Assembly (NCBI GenBank): GCA_035495615.1
Contig: DATJFP010000097.1
Span: 4,495 to 68,494 of the forward strand
Source: Verrucomicrobiia bacterium
Lineage (GTDB): Bacteria; Omnitrophota; Omnitrophia; Omnitrophales; Aquincolibacteriaceae
Reading direction: 5' to 3'
Length of the DNA stretch: 64,000 nucleotides
Part shown: piece after piece, positions 54,473 through 63,943 of the stretch
Layout of the letters: every line of letters begins with the position of its first letter
Numbering within the stretch: position 1 is the stretch's first letter
The notes under the pieces: generated by a model
The model's input: the letters and a program-made list of their open reading frames with translations, nothing else
Databases searched by the model: none
Told to the model about the DNA's origin: nothing
Translations under genes and position numbers: made by a program

Positions 54473-56329
54473 ATGATCGTCAGTATTCTGGATCCTACCC
54501 ATTACGCATTTAATCCTCACGCGATTCCGTTCCTGATCGTGGGCGTCCTGATCTCGGTTCTCGGAATTTTCGTTCTTGCCAGCGACCGGCCGTCCGCCAG
54601 CAGCCTTTCGTTCTGCCTGCTTTGCCTCCTGCTGGGCTGGTGGCTGCTCTCTTTTACCATGCTTTTTTTCTCCGTGCCGATCGCGACCGCGGTTTGGTGG
54701 GTCAAGTCCGCCAATGCCGCCGTCGTTTTTATTCCGTCGATGGTTTTTCTTTTTACTCTGGCCACGCTGGGGAAACTCTCCAAGCACCGGACCTTTGTCT
54801 TCGCCGGTTTCTCAATTTCCTGCTTCTTTCTTGCCACGGTCTTCATTCCCGGAGGACTCATTGCCGGAGCGGAAAAGCATTTCTGGGGAAACTACACGCG
54901 CTACGGGAAAATGATTTATCCTTTCCTGGTTTTTTTCGGCGCCATGCTGCTGTCCAGCCTTATTCTATTTGCCAGGGAGTACCGCGTCAGTTCGGGGGTG
55001 AAGAAAAAGCGGCTGCGCATTCTTCTATGGAGCTTCGGCATCGGCTATATCGCGTCCGTTGATTTCCTGCCGGCGCTCGGCATCGACATCTTTCCCTTTG
55101 GATACATCTGCGTTTTCATTTACATCGTGATGATGGCACAGGGCATCTGGCGGTACCGCTCTGTCGACATCAATTCTTCTTTTGCCGCGGACCAGATCAT
55201 CAGGACCGTGGCGGATGCGCTGCTGGTCATCGACGGCAGCGGCATCGTGCGCGTTTCCAACGAGGCTGCCAACCGGCTTTTCGCGGCCGGGGAGTCGCTT
55301 GTCGGGGCGCCCATGAGGACGCGCGGCATCGCGTTTTTCAAAAAAGAGAATCTGGCGCGGCTTTTGTGTTCGGGAAAAGTGCAGCGTTCGGAAGTCGCGT
55401 TTCACGACCGGGACCAGGGGCATATCATTCTCGAGATTTCCACGTCCGTGATTTCGGAGAATTCGGGGGAAGGCATGGCGCTGGTCTGCATCGCCAAAGA
55501 CATCACCGAACGCAAGAACGCCGAAGAAGCGCTGCGCAGAAGCGAAGAGCATTACCGGCTGCTGGCGCAGAACATCTCGGACGTCATCTGGATCATGGAC
55601 ATGAATTTTAAATACACTTTCATGAGCTCTTCCGTGTCGCGGTTCCGCGGCTTTACCGCGGAAGAGGCCATGGCGCAGAAAGTGGAAGAAACGCTGACGC
55701 CGGAATCCGCGCAGATTTTCATGAAGGCCGTGGCCGAAGAGGTGACGCGGCCGGAGGCCAAAGACAAGAACGGGCCGGCCTCCTGCACGCTGGAGCTGGA
55801 GTTCACGTGCCGGAGCGGTTCTTCGGTCTGGAGCGAGACCAAGATCACTTTCGTACGCAATGCCGAGGGACGGCTCACGGAAATCCTCGGTGTCGCCCGC
55901 GACATCTCCGAACGCAGGCAGGCGCTCAAGGCGCTCGAGGAAAGCGAAGACTGCTACAACGACCTGATCCGCCAGGCCCAAGATGCCATCCTGACGGTCG
56001 ACCGGTACGGGTACATTCAGGCTGTGAATCCTTCGGCGGAAAGGGTGCTGGGCTACCAGGCCGCCGAGCTTACCGGGCATCATTTTGCGAAGATGGGAAT
56101 CCTTTCGCCCAACTCCGTCGCGAAGACGCTGCAGGAATTCACGCTGACCATTCTGGGCTGGCAGCGACAGCCGTTCGACCTGCAGGTCCTCCGGAAAGAC
56201 CAGCTCGCGGTCGCCATGCGCGCGCACGCGAAAATCATCCGCCGCGACAAGGACCACGTCAAAGTCCAAGTCGTCCTCCGGCAGATTACGGAAGAAAACA
56301 AAGGCCATCCCTCGGCCCTTTCCGCCTGA
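54473..56329 (+). CDS. 7TM membrane sensor with three cytoplasmic PAS domains and no recognisable output domain
   Basis: The N-terminal ~230 aa are polytopic (7TMR-DISM-like). Three PAS-like repeats follow. The protein ends after the third PAS, with no HisKA/HATPase, GGDEF or EAL domain. Confidence 0.55.
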   Translation: MIVSILDPTHYAFNPHAIPFLIVGVLISVLGIFVLASDRPSASSLSFCLLCLLLGWWLLSFTMLFFSVPIATAVWWVKSANAAVVFIPSMVFLFTLATLGKLSKHRTFVFAGFSISCFFLATVFIPGGLIAGAEKHFWGNYTRYGKMIYPFLVFFGAMLLSSLILFAREYRVSSGVKKKRLRILLWSFGIGYIASVDFLPALGIDIFPFGYICVFIYIVMMAQGIWRYRSVDINSSFAADQIIRTVADALLVIDGSGIVRVSNEAANRLFAAGESLVGAPMRTRGIAFFKKENLARLLCSGKVQRSEVAFHDRDQGHIILEISTSVISENSGEGMALVCIAKDITERKNAEEALRRSEEHYRLLAQNISDVIWIMDMNFKYTFMSSSVSRFRGFTAEEAMAQKVEETLTPESAQIFMKAVAEEVTRPEAKDKNGPASCTLELEFTCRSGSSVWSETKITFVRNAEGRLTEILGVARDISERRQALKALEESEDCYNDLIRQAQDAILTVDRYGYIQAVNPSAERVLGYQAAELTGHHFAKMGILSPNSVAKTLQEFTLTILGWQRQPFDLQVLRKDQLAVAMRAHAKIIRRDKDHVKVQVVLRQITEENKGHPSALSA

Positions 56330-56371
56330 ATTCCATGGAAAAATAATTTCTGCCGCGTAAGATAGGGCCCG

Positions 56372-57100
56372 ATGTCTAAGCCGTCTAAAAAAATACTGAC
56401 CTTCCTGCTCGCCGGCGGCATTCTGGCCGCGGGAGTTGCCTTTCAATCCCGGTATCAAGAACCCGCGCCGCTGCGGCCCGCGGTCCCCGTGCTGGCGCCG
56501 GCCGCCAGAACCGAAGGCCTTGGCGCTTCACTCCTCGCGCTTGACCGGAAGGCCTTCTCGGTCTTGCATTATGGAAAGCCTTCGCCGCTCGATTATGTGT
56601 TCGGCTGGACGACCTTTCTCGGCACCAAGGCCTGCCTCTTGGTTCTCATTTTTCTTTTCATGGCGATTTGGGACCCCTCCTGCCTTTGGCGGCGATTTGG
56701 TTTCGTGGCGGCGGCCGTGCTGATCCAGGAGGGGCTTGTTAATTTGACCAAGATGATTTCGTCGCGGCCGCGGCCGTTCATGGATTTCCAGCAGGGGGCT
56801 TTGCCCGGCATGGAGACGGTCCGCGTGCTTTTCCATCCGCCTACTTCGCAATCGTTTCCTTCGGGGCATGCGGCAGGCGTTTTTTGCGCGGCGTACCTTT
56901 TAAACCGCCTCTATGGCGGGAAGCTGCCTTTTCTTTACGTGCTGGCGGCAGTCATTGCCTTTTCCCGGATCCACATCGGCGTCCACTATCCCGCGGACGT
57001 CCTGGCCGGTACGGCTTTGGGGTTCTTGTGCGGGCATCTCTCGTGGAAGCTTTGGGAGCGCGCGAGGACTGCAAAGGGCCTCAAGCCGCAGGTGGAATAG
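56372..57100 (+). CDS. PAP2-superfamily membrane phosphatase
   Basis: KxxxxxxRP (KMISSRPRP), PSGH (FPSGHAA) and SRxxxxxHxxxD (SRIHIGVHYPAD) motifs. Confidence 0.75.
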   Translation: MSKPSKKILTFLLAGGILAAGVAFQSRYQEPAPLRPAVPVLAPAARTEGLGASLLALDRKAFSVLHYGKPSPLDYVFGWTTFLGTKACLLVLIFLFMAIWDPSCLWRRFGFVAAAVLIQEGLVNLTKMISSRPRPFMDFQQGALPGMETVRVLFHPPTSQSFPSGHAAGVFCAAYLLNRLYGGKLPFLYVLAAVIAFSRIHIGVHYPADVLAGTALGFLCGHLSWKLWERARTAKGLKPQVE

Positions 57101-57167
57101 TTTTTCAGGTTTTCCGGCCCCGGCCGATAAAAGAAGCAACCCAAAAGCGGTTTCCGCGAAAGGATTG

Positions 57168-57338
57168 ATGATGCAAACCTTCAAACAGATGCGGGCTTAC
57201 CTCGAAGCACGGTTCGGAAATGCGAGGGGGAACATCATTTGGTATCTCGTCGCGGGCCTCGCGGGCGTCGGCATTTTTTATTTGATCTATTTTCTCTTCT
57301 GGACTGAAATCAAACGCTGGTTCGTCCAGGGGCATTAA
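57168..57338 (+). CDS. possible small single-TM membrane protein
   Basis: 56 aa with the hydrophobic core IIWYLVAGLAGVGIFYLIYFLFW. An RBS-like aaagga lies upstream. It overlaps the 3' end of maf on the other strand. Confidence 0.25.
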   Translation: MMQTFKQMRAYLEARFGNARGNIIWYLVAGLAGVGIFYLIYFLFWTEIKRWFVQGH

Positions 57339-57954
57339 GACTCCCGATCTCCCGCGCCGCTTTCCGCATCATCCTGGCGAGAAGTTCTTTGGGCAGCCCC
57401 ACGACGTTGCTGTAAGAACCCCGGTAAGATTCCACAATCTTCGGCCTGACCTGGATCCCGTAGGCGCCCGCTTTATCCAGCGAACCGGCCTTGACCGCGT
57501 AGTCCCGCATTTGCGCCGGCTTCCATTTTTTTAACCGGACCCGCGTCCTCTCAAAAGCCGTCCACGTTTTGCCGCTGGACGGATGCCGCAGCGCGATCCC
57601 GGAAAACACGTCATGCGTTTTTCCGGCCATCGCGTTCAGCATGCGTTCGGCTTCCCGCAAGCTGGAGGGTTTCCCGAGCACGCGGCCGTTGAAGAAAACG
57701 ATGGTGTCCGCGCCCAGGACCAGCAGCGTTTTTTTTCGCGCTCCGGCCGGCGCTTTCGAAGGGAGGACCGCCCGCAGCGCCTTACCCCGGGCGTTGCGCA
57801 CAACAAGTGCTTCCGGCCGCTCGCTTTTCCGGTGGGTTTCCCGATGTTTGGAAACGACCGCGCCGAATGGAATTTTTAAAGCTCTTAAATAGGATAATCT
57901 GCGCGGGGATTTCGAAGCCAGATAAACAAAAAAGAGTTTTGTAGAAAGGGCCAT
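57310..57954 (-). CDS. maf: Maf-family nucleoside triphosphate pyrophosphatase
   Basis: YLASKSPRR…, GADTIV and D…AGAYGIQ motifs of Maf/Ham1-like septum-formation proteins. Confidence 0.75.
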   Translation of the reverse strand: MALSTKLFFVYLASKSPRRLSYLRALKIPFGAVVSKHRETHRKSERPEALVVRNARGKALRAVLPSKAPAGARKKTLLVLGADTIVFFNGRVLGKPSSLREAERMLNAMAGKTHDVFSGIALRHPSSGKTWTAFERTRVRLKKWKPAQMRDYAVKAGSLDKAGAYGIQVRPKIVESYRGSYSNVVGLPKELLARMMRKAAREIGSLNAPGRTSV

Positions 57955-58082
57955 GATGAGGGCCTATTTATAGTCGATCCGGAGCGCCGATTCAAGAAAA
58001 ACTCCAGTTCCAGGTCGCTCAATCCGCGGAGAAGAGCGCCGATAAAGGTTAAGCATGCTAAACTTTAAATCAGGAGACTCGA

Positions 58083-58541
58083 ATGCGAAATAGCCGCGGA
58101 TTTACGCTGGTCGAAATCATGATTGTAGTCGCCATCATCGGATTGCTGGCGGCGATCGCCATTCCCAATCTGCTGCGAGCGCGCCTGAATGCCAACGAAG
58201 CGGCAATTAAGCAAGACCTCCGCAGCTTCAGTTCGGCCTGCGAGATCTTCCGGGCCAATCAGAATCCCGTGAGATTTGCCAACAATGTTGCGGAGCTTTC
58301 CGCGGCAATCCCGGCATACGTCGACAATACGTGGCTTCTTAATCCGCGCCATCAGTATAATTTCGCTTACGCCGTCGGCGCGGCGAATGCGACGTATTCC
58401 ATGCTCGCGGCTCCCATACCGAACGGCGGAATCAACACCTACTGTATTGATCAGAATGGCGTTTTGACCGGCTCGGTCAACGGCGCCGGCGCTCCGGCAG
58501 GCGCGGGTGCGGGCTGCAACGGCGGCACGCCTCTCAGCTGA
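58083..58541 (+). CDS. type IV pilin / pseudopilin (prepilin-type N-terminal methylation domain)
   Basis: GFTLVEIMIVVAIIGLLAAIAIP is the class III signal and N-methylation motif. 152 aa. Confidence 0.7.
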   Translation: MRNSRGFTLVEIMIVVAIIGLLAAIAIPNLLRARLNANEAAIKQDLRSFSSACEIFRANQNPVRFANNVAELSAAIPAYVDNTWLLNPRHQYNFAYAVGAANATYSMLAAPIPNGGINTYCIDQNGVLTGSVNGAGAPAGAGAGCNGGTPLS

Positions 58542-58578
58542 ACACGTTTTCCTTTTTTCGTGCTATAATCCCTGCGTT

Positions 58579-58815
58579 ATGATCACACCCGAAGAGATCG
58601 AACAAATCATCGAGCGCGCCCTGCAAGGGGCGGTTGTCGGCGCCGTGGATATGACCGGCACTGCCGATCATTTTGAAGTCCGCGTTTCCTGCGAGTCCTT
58701 CCGCGGCAAGTCGCTGGTGGAACAGCACCAGATGATCAACCGCGCCCTGAAGGCCCCCCTCGAAGACGGCCGCATTCATGCTTTGAAGATCAAAACATCT
58801 GTCCCGCAACAATGA
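58579..58815 (+). CDS. BolA-family protein
   Basis: 78 aa. DHFEVRVSCESFRGKSLVEQHQMI and the conserved His are BolA-like. A TATAAT-like box (cgtgcTATAATcc) lies about 18 nt upstream. Confidence 0.6.
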   Translation: MITPEEIEQIIERALQGAVVGAVDMTGTADHFEVRVSCESFRGKSLVEQHQMINRALKAPLEDGRIHALKIKTSVPQQ

Positions 58816-58833
58816 CCTATTTCCGGAGGCCGC

Positions 58834-59160
58834 ATGTCCGAAGACGTTTTTGAACGCATCAAGTCCGAAATCGCGAAGAACAAGGTGGTCCTTTTCATGA
58901 AAGGCCGGCCGGAGGCGCCTCAGTGCGGCTTTTCCGCGGCCACGGTCCAGATTCTCAAAAGTTTTCCCTACCCTTTCGCTTCCGTCGATATCCTGGCCAA
59001 TCCCGACATTCGCCAGGCGCTTCCCCAATATTCCAACTGGCCGACCTTCCCGCAGCTTTTCATCAACGGCCAGCTCGTGGGAGGCTGCGACATCGTGCAC
59101 GAACTGCGCGATTCCGGCGAACTGGAAAAGCTCCTGACCGAGGCCTTCAAGGGCGCCTGA
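58834..59160 (+). CDS. grxD: Grx4-family monothiol glutaredoxin
   Basis: CGFS active site (PQCGFSAA), WPTFPQLFI.G.LVGGCDI and a KGxP..P motif. Confidence 0.85.
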   Translation: MSEDVFERIKSEIAKNKVVLFMKGRPEAPQCGFSAATVQILKSFPYPFASVDILANPDIRQALPQYSNWPTFPQLFINGQLVGGCDIVHELRDSGELEKLLTEAFKGA

Positions 59161-59234
59161 GGCTTCTTTAAAAAGGCCTCAATGCCCGGCGATTCTTTCC
59201 GATACTGAAGGGTACGCAAAAGGGGAGTTTTGTC

Positions 59235-60341
59235 ATGGACGTTAACGCCTATTTGAATTCCTGCCTCGGAAAAGTCCTCGAAATGAAAGGGCAGGACCTG
59301 TTCCTGAAAGTGGGATCGGTTCCCCGGACCCGCCTCGGCGGCGTGGTCAAGCCCATGCCCTTCGACAAGCTGAAAGACGAGGAGATCAGGGCCATCGTCG
59401 AGCACCTGCTGACCCCGAAGAAAAAAGAACTTCTCGCCAATAATCTCAGCGTCGACTTTGCTTTCACGCTCACGGGCCGCGAGCAGCGTTTTCGCTGCAA
59501 CGTTTTCTGCCAGCAGGGCACTTATTCGCTCGTCATCCGCACGCTCTGGAAGAGCATTCCCAGCTTCGAGGAACTCAGGATTCCGCCCGTCCTCAAAAAA
59601 ATGCCGCTCGAGCGCTCGGGCCTTATTTTCATCGGCGGCACCGTGGCCTCGGGCAAGAGCACGACATTGACCGCCATGGTCGACATGATGAACCAGAGCG
59701 TCGAGCGTCACATCATTACCGTGGAAGATCCCGTCGAATACCTGCATGAAGACAAGAAATGCATCATCAACCAGCGCGAAGTCGGGGAAGACGCCCATGA
59801 TTTTACGAGCGCGCTGAAATACGTCGTGCGCCAGTCTCCCGATTGCGTGGTCATCGGTGAAATGCGCGACGCGGAAACCTTTGAATTCGCGCTGGCTTCC
59901 GCCGAGGTCGGCCGCCTGGTGCTTGCGACCGTCCACGCCAAATCGGTTGTGCAGATCTTTGACCGCGTCATGGGATTTTTTCCGCCGGAAAAGCGGGACC
60001 AGATTCTGGGCCATTTGTCGTTCAACATCACCTGCTTTGTCTGCCAGAAGCTCATCATGGGCAAGGACGGCAAGCTCGTGCCGGTGTTCGAAATCATGGT
60101 CGGCAATTACACGACGCGCCAGCTGGTGCGCGAAAAGAAATTCGATAAAGTGCCGCAGGCATTGCGTAACGCGGAAAACGAAGGCATGCAGACTTTCGAC
60201 CAGGCCACGTTGAAGCTCTGGGAAGAGGGCGTCATCACGGCCGAAGAAGCCTTGAAGACCAGCGAACGTCCTCAGGAAATGGAAAACTACATGAAGGGCA
60301 TCAAGATCGACGGATCCAAGAGCCGAATCCTGGGTTCGTGA
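59235..60341 (+). CDS. pilT: PilT/PilU-family type IV pilus retraction ATPase
   Basis: Walker A GGTVASGKSTT and GEMRD. Overall secretion-ATPase (GspE/PilT) architecture. 368 aa. Confidence 0.8.
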   Translation: MDVNAYLNSCLGKVLEMKGQDLFLKVGSVPRTRLGGVVKPMPFDKLKDEEIRAIVEHLLTPKKKELLANNLSVDFAFTLTGREQRFRCNVFCQQGTYSLVIRTLWKSIPSFEELRIPPVLKKMPLERSGLIFIGGTVASGKSTTLTAMVDMMNQSVERHIITVEDPVEYLHEDKKCIINQREVGEDAHDFTSALKYVVRQSPDCVVIGEMRDAETFEFALASAEVGRLVLATVHAKSVVQIFDRVMGFFPPEKRDQILGHLSFNITCFVCQKLIMGKDGKLVPVFEIMVGNYTTRQLVREKKFDKVPQALRNAENEGMQTFDQATLKLWEEGVITAEEALKTSERPQEMENYMKGIKIDGSKSRILGS

Positions 60342-60348
60342 GGCTGCC

Positions 60349-61245
60349 ATGGCCTTTTTAGCCGCCGTCTGCGCGGTTCCTTTGGCCCTGCTGTTTATCT
60401 GGATGCGGTTCGTCGAACCGTACCGCTATCAAATCTCGAAACACCAAGGCAAAATCCGCAAGAACCTCCCTCGCGAACTCCGCGTGCTGCATCTGTCCGA
60501 CATCCATTTCTCCAAGCCGGACGCCCGGCTATCCGCCTTTTTCGATCGCCTCGCCCGGGAGCCGTGCGATTTCGTTTTCATCACGGGCGACATCATCGAT
60601 TGCATCGAAGGCGTCCCCGCATGCGCGGAGAACCTGGCCAAGCTCAAACCCGCCCACGGCATTTTCGCCGTCTACGGGAACCACGATTATTACAACTACC
60701 ATCTTTCTGAGCTTATCCTCCACAATTTCCCGGGCCAGCGTTTTCCGAAGAACCACCAGCACGTGCATCTGCTCGATGCCGCGCTGCGGGACATCGGCGT
60801 GCGCGTCCTGAAGAACGAGACCGTGGAAATCGACTGGCATGGCGTCCCGCTTTTGATCCATGGCTTGGACGATCCCACCAGCCGGCGCGCGAACCTGCGC
60901 AAGGCCATGCAGCATTTCGACAGGGAAAAGGTGAACGTTTTGCTGACGCACACGATCGACGCGTTCATCGAGATCGGGCGCAACGAAATCGACCTCGCCT
61001 TTTCCGGGCATTCGCACGGCGGGCAGATCTGCCTGCCTTTCTGGGGGCCGCTTCTCACGCACACGATCATGGGCAGAAAATTCGCGTCGGGATTTCTTTC
61101 ACATAAAGGGGCTTTGTGTTCGGTGTCGCGGGGGATCGGAACGAGCCGGTTCGCGCCGGTGCGGCTTTTGTGTCTTCCGGAGGCGCTGCTTATCAGCTAC
61201 GCGACGCTGGACAGCCGGGGATCAAGTGGTGGACACGTGAACTAA
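60349..61245 (+). CDS. calcineurin-like metallophosphoesterase (membrane-anchored)
   Basis: LHLSDIHF, FITGDIID and GNHDY motifs. N-terminal TM helix. Confidence 0.7.
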   Translation: MAFLAAVCAVPLALLFIWMRFVEPYRYQISKHQGKIRKNLPRELRVLHLSDIHFSKPDARLSAFFDRLAREPCDFVFITGDIIDCIEGVPACAENLAKLKPAHGIFAVYGNHDYYNYHLSELILHNFPGQRFPKNHQHVHLLDAALRDIGVRVLKNETVEIDWHGVPLLIHGLDDPTSRRANLRKAMQHFDREKVNVLLTHTIDAFIEIGRNEIDLAFSGHSHGGQICLPFWGPLLTHTIMGRKFASGFLSHKGALCSVSRGIGTSRFAPVRLLCLPEALLISYATLDSRGSSGGHVN

Positions 61246-62886
61246 AACGTAGGTCTGCTTGGTGGAGAGGTTCGTAAAAATTTCCGAGAGCGAGCTGAGG
61301 TCTTCCGCGCACGCGGCGCTTCCGCCGGTAATAGCCGAGACTTCCTGCAGGTGCTGGTACCCTTCGGCCGGATGATCCGGATCGCAGGTCCCTTCGTCGG
61401 TGGCGAAGTAGACGGAGTGAATCACGATCTTGTTGGCCTTGGCCCAATTAGCGTTCGCGACGCCCCAGGCCTTTCCCATTTCGACATACCCCGCCTCGAC
61501 ATTGTGTTTTACCGTGTTCCGGTATTCTCTCAGAAAATCGCGGTATTCGTCCGGAAGCGGGTCGCCGTACTGTTCCTTGAGGCTCGTCTCCATGTTGCGA
61601 ACCTCGGTTTGCACGCTGTCACGCACCGAGTTTTCCTCGGGGCAGACCGGCATGGTGTCCAGGTCCGCGTCTTCCGGAGCCACCGCGCGCGAACAGGTGG
61701 GCGCGCCGTCGGAAAGCAGGATGATGAACTTCGTGTTGGACGTGCGCGTGGATTGCTCGGAATTGCGGATCCAGCGCACGGCAAGGTTGATCGCGTCGCC
61801 GATGTTGGTGTGCGTCCTTCTTTCTTCCGCCCCTCCCAAAACGGATCCCGGAAAGATCAGCTTCTCCGGTAAATCCCTGAAATCCCGTGTGGCGGCATCG
61901 GCTTCGGCATAAGTTTTCCATTGTCCGACCGAGTAGCGAAGCGCCTGCTGGATGACGCCCTTGTTGTTGCGAGTCGTGGACGTCAGCTCCACGGAATCCG
62001 TAGGGGAATAAGGGGCGAAGGCATTGCTGGCGAAGACGAGAAGCCCCATCTGCACCAGACTGTTGAAAAGGCGGTTGCCATCCAGAAGGCTGTGATCGAT
62101 CGCGTAAGTGACGTCCCAAAGCGGCTGCGGCTTCACGTAACCGTCATCCACGGGGCCCATGACGGTGTCCGCTTCAATTGTATTCATGCAGTCTCCCACG
62201 ACGTTGGTCGTGGCGGCGTAATGAAACCATCGGTCCTGCGTGGTCGGAAGCGCGGGCCAGGTGCAGACGTCCGTCGGTTTGTAGCTGCGGTTGTCCATCG
62301 AGGCCGACTGGTCGAGTGCGAAAACCGCCTTCATGGGCGCGAAGCTTGCGATGGATTCCGTGACCAGGATGAAATTCGAAACAAGATTGTCCCCGAGAAT
62401 CCGGGCAAACCTGAAAGTGAACGGCTGGTTGGGGCCGTCGCCGATGCGGACACGCGTCCGGATCGCGTTGATGATTTTGTCCGGATCATTCAGCTGGCTG
62501 TCCGGATAACCGGTGAAGGTCTTGGCGTCGTGATCATAATATCCGAAAATAATATCGCCCTCCGGGTTGTCCGGATTCGTGATTTCAGAAGTGTCGACCA
62601 CGATGCTGCTGTTGCTCCGGGTCGAATTCTGCCGGGCGGTGACCGCGGCGGCCTGGCGGATAGCGGAGAAATCGATGCTTTCCTGGCTTTTCGAAAAACG
62701 TTTGATCGCGGCAAGCGACGCGAAGTCCGCGGCGTTCCGGCTCTCGGTACGCACAAGGTAGGCCATGCCCACATCGGTAGACAGTACGGCAATGCCGATG
62801 AGCGGAATGGCCATCAAGGCGGAAGTGACGAGGATTGAGCCTTTTTGGGAGCGCATCCTGCGGAGGCGCTGAAGAAGCGGCTTCAT
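61222..62886 (-). CDS. TadE/TadG-like pilus-assembly N-domain + von Willebrand factor A domain protein
   Basis: N-terminal QKGSILVTSALMAIPLIGIAVLSTDVGMAYLVRTESRNAADFASLAA is a Tad-N motif. MIDAS-like VFALDQSASMD. Start chosen at MKPLLQ (62886) rather than the track's 62946. Confidence 0.55.
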   Translation of the reverse strand: MKPLLQRLRRMRSQKGSILVTSALMAIPLIGIAVLSTDVGMAYLVRTESRNAADFASLAAIKRFSKSQESIDFSAIRQAAAVTARQNSTRSNSSIVVDTSEITNPDNPEGDIIFGYYDHDAKTFTGYPDSQLNDPDKIINAIRTRVRIGDGPNQPFTFRFARILGDNLVSNFILVTESIASFAPMKAVFALDQSASMDNRSYKPTDVCTWPALPTTQDRWFHYAATTNVVGDCMNTIEADTVMGPVDDGYVKPQPLWDVTYAIDHSLLDGNRLFNSLVQMGLLVFASNAFAPYSPTDSVELTSTTRNNKGVIQQALRYSVGQWKTYAEADAATRDFRDLPEKLIFPGSVLGGAEERRTHTNIGDAINLAVRWIRNSEQSTRTSNTKFIILLSDGAPTCSRAVAPEDADLDTMPVCPEENSVRDSVQTEVRNMETSLKEQYGDPLPDEYRDFLREYRNTVKHNVEAGYVEMGKAWGVANANWAKANKIVIHSVYFATDEGTCDPDHPAEGYQHLQEVSAITGGSAACAEDLSSLSEIFTNLSTKQTYVLVHVSTT

Positions 62887-63010
62887 ATGACAACTATAAC
62901 ATCGTGTCCTAAGTCTTGCTACGGCCGCCGGATAGAAAAAATCCAAACTCCCACAACTATCATAAAACCTTGAAAATAAGACCTATCCCGGGGTTATTTC
63001 TGGGGTTAGA

Positions 63011-63943
63011 TCAATGCTCGCCGCCGCCGCCGAAGAAAATCGAATCATCGATAGAAGCCGACACGGACAGGGAGGTCGAGATCGAGGCCCGGATTGAAAC
63101 AGACTGGGAGGTGGACTGCGACGTGGACGAAGCCGTCGAAGCGGATTTCGACTGGGACACGGACGTCGAGTTGGACTGACTTTGCGAGGCTGAGGTCGAA
63201 TCCGAAGTGCTTTGCGACGTCGATCCCGAAATGGATTGAGACGTGGACTGCGACTGCGACGGCGAAATCGAGGCCGACAGGGATGTCGAAAGCGACGAGC
63301 TCTGGGAAACCGATGCTTCTTTCGAAATGTTCTCCGAAATACTCTCAGACTTTGACTGCGAACTGGAGATCGATTGAGAGACCGACTGGACCGGCGATAT
63401 CGACTGCGAGAGTGACGTCGAGGTGGATTTAGACGTCGACTGGCTTTGCGAAATCGACGTCGACGCGACTACGGACTGAGAAGTGCTTTGCGACCCGGAG
63501 ATCGAACCCGAAATCGAGCCGGACTGCGATTGCGAGGTCGAAGCCGCCTGGGAGGACGAGCGCGAAATGGACGTGGACGTCGAATTGACCGCGGAATTAG
63601 AAGTTGATGTGGACGTGCTTATGGAGCCCGCCGTGGATCCGGATTGCGAAACCGACTGCGAAAAAGACGGAAATCCCGATTGCGACGTTGAGGTTGAGCC
63701 CGAGGTGCTTGTGGATCTGGACGTCGACGTCGACAGGGAACCCGACGTGGATTGCGACGTGGAACGGGAGCGGCTCGCGGACCCCGACCCCGAGGCCGAC
63801 TGCGACACCGAGGTGCTGTTCGATCCCGCCACGGACCCGGAAGTCGAAATGGACGACGACACCGAGGGGGCGTTGGATTGAGAGATCGATCCGGAGATCG
63901 AACCGGCCGTGGATCCCGAGATCGACCCGGAAATGCTGGCCAC
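63011..63943 (-). CDS. serine/threonine-rich low-complexity repeat protein (partial; may extend past window end)
   Basis: At least 933 nt of uninterrupted frame encode (S-x)n repeats (SISGSISGS…, STSQSTSGS…, SVSQSISSSQS…). Plus-strand frames over the same DNA break into short acidic ORFs, so the minus strand is favoured. Confidence 0.45.
   Translation of the reverse strand: MASISGSISGSTAGSISGSISQSNAPSVSSSISTSGSVAGSNSTSVSQSASGSGSASRSRSTSQSTSGSLSTSTSRSTSTSGSTSTSQSGFPSFSQSVSQSGSTAGSISTSTSTSNSAVNSTSTSISRSSSQAASTSQSQSGSISGSISGSQSTSQSVVASTSISQSQSTSKSTSTSLSQSISPVQSVSQSISSSQSKSESISENISKEASVSQSSSLSTSLSASISPSQSQSTSQSISGSTSQSTSDSTSASQSQSNSTSVSQSKSASTASSTSQSTSQSVSIRASISTSLSVSASIDDSIFFGGGGEH

Noticed and set aside
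58550-58565. TATAAT-like hexamer upstream of bolA as a promoter
   Set aside because: A single -10-like match in a GC-rich genome, with no clear -35. It is mentioned in the bolA evidence but too weak to list as a separate feature.
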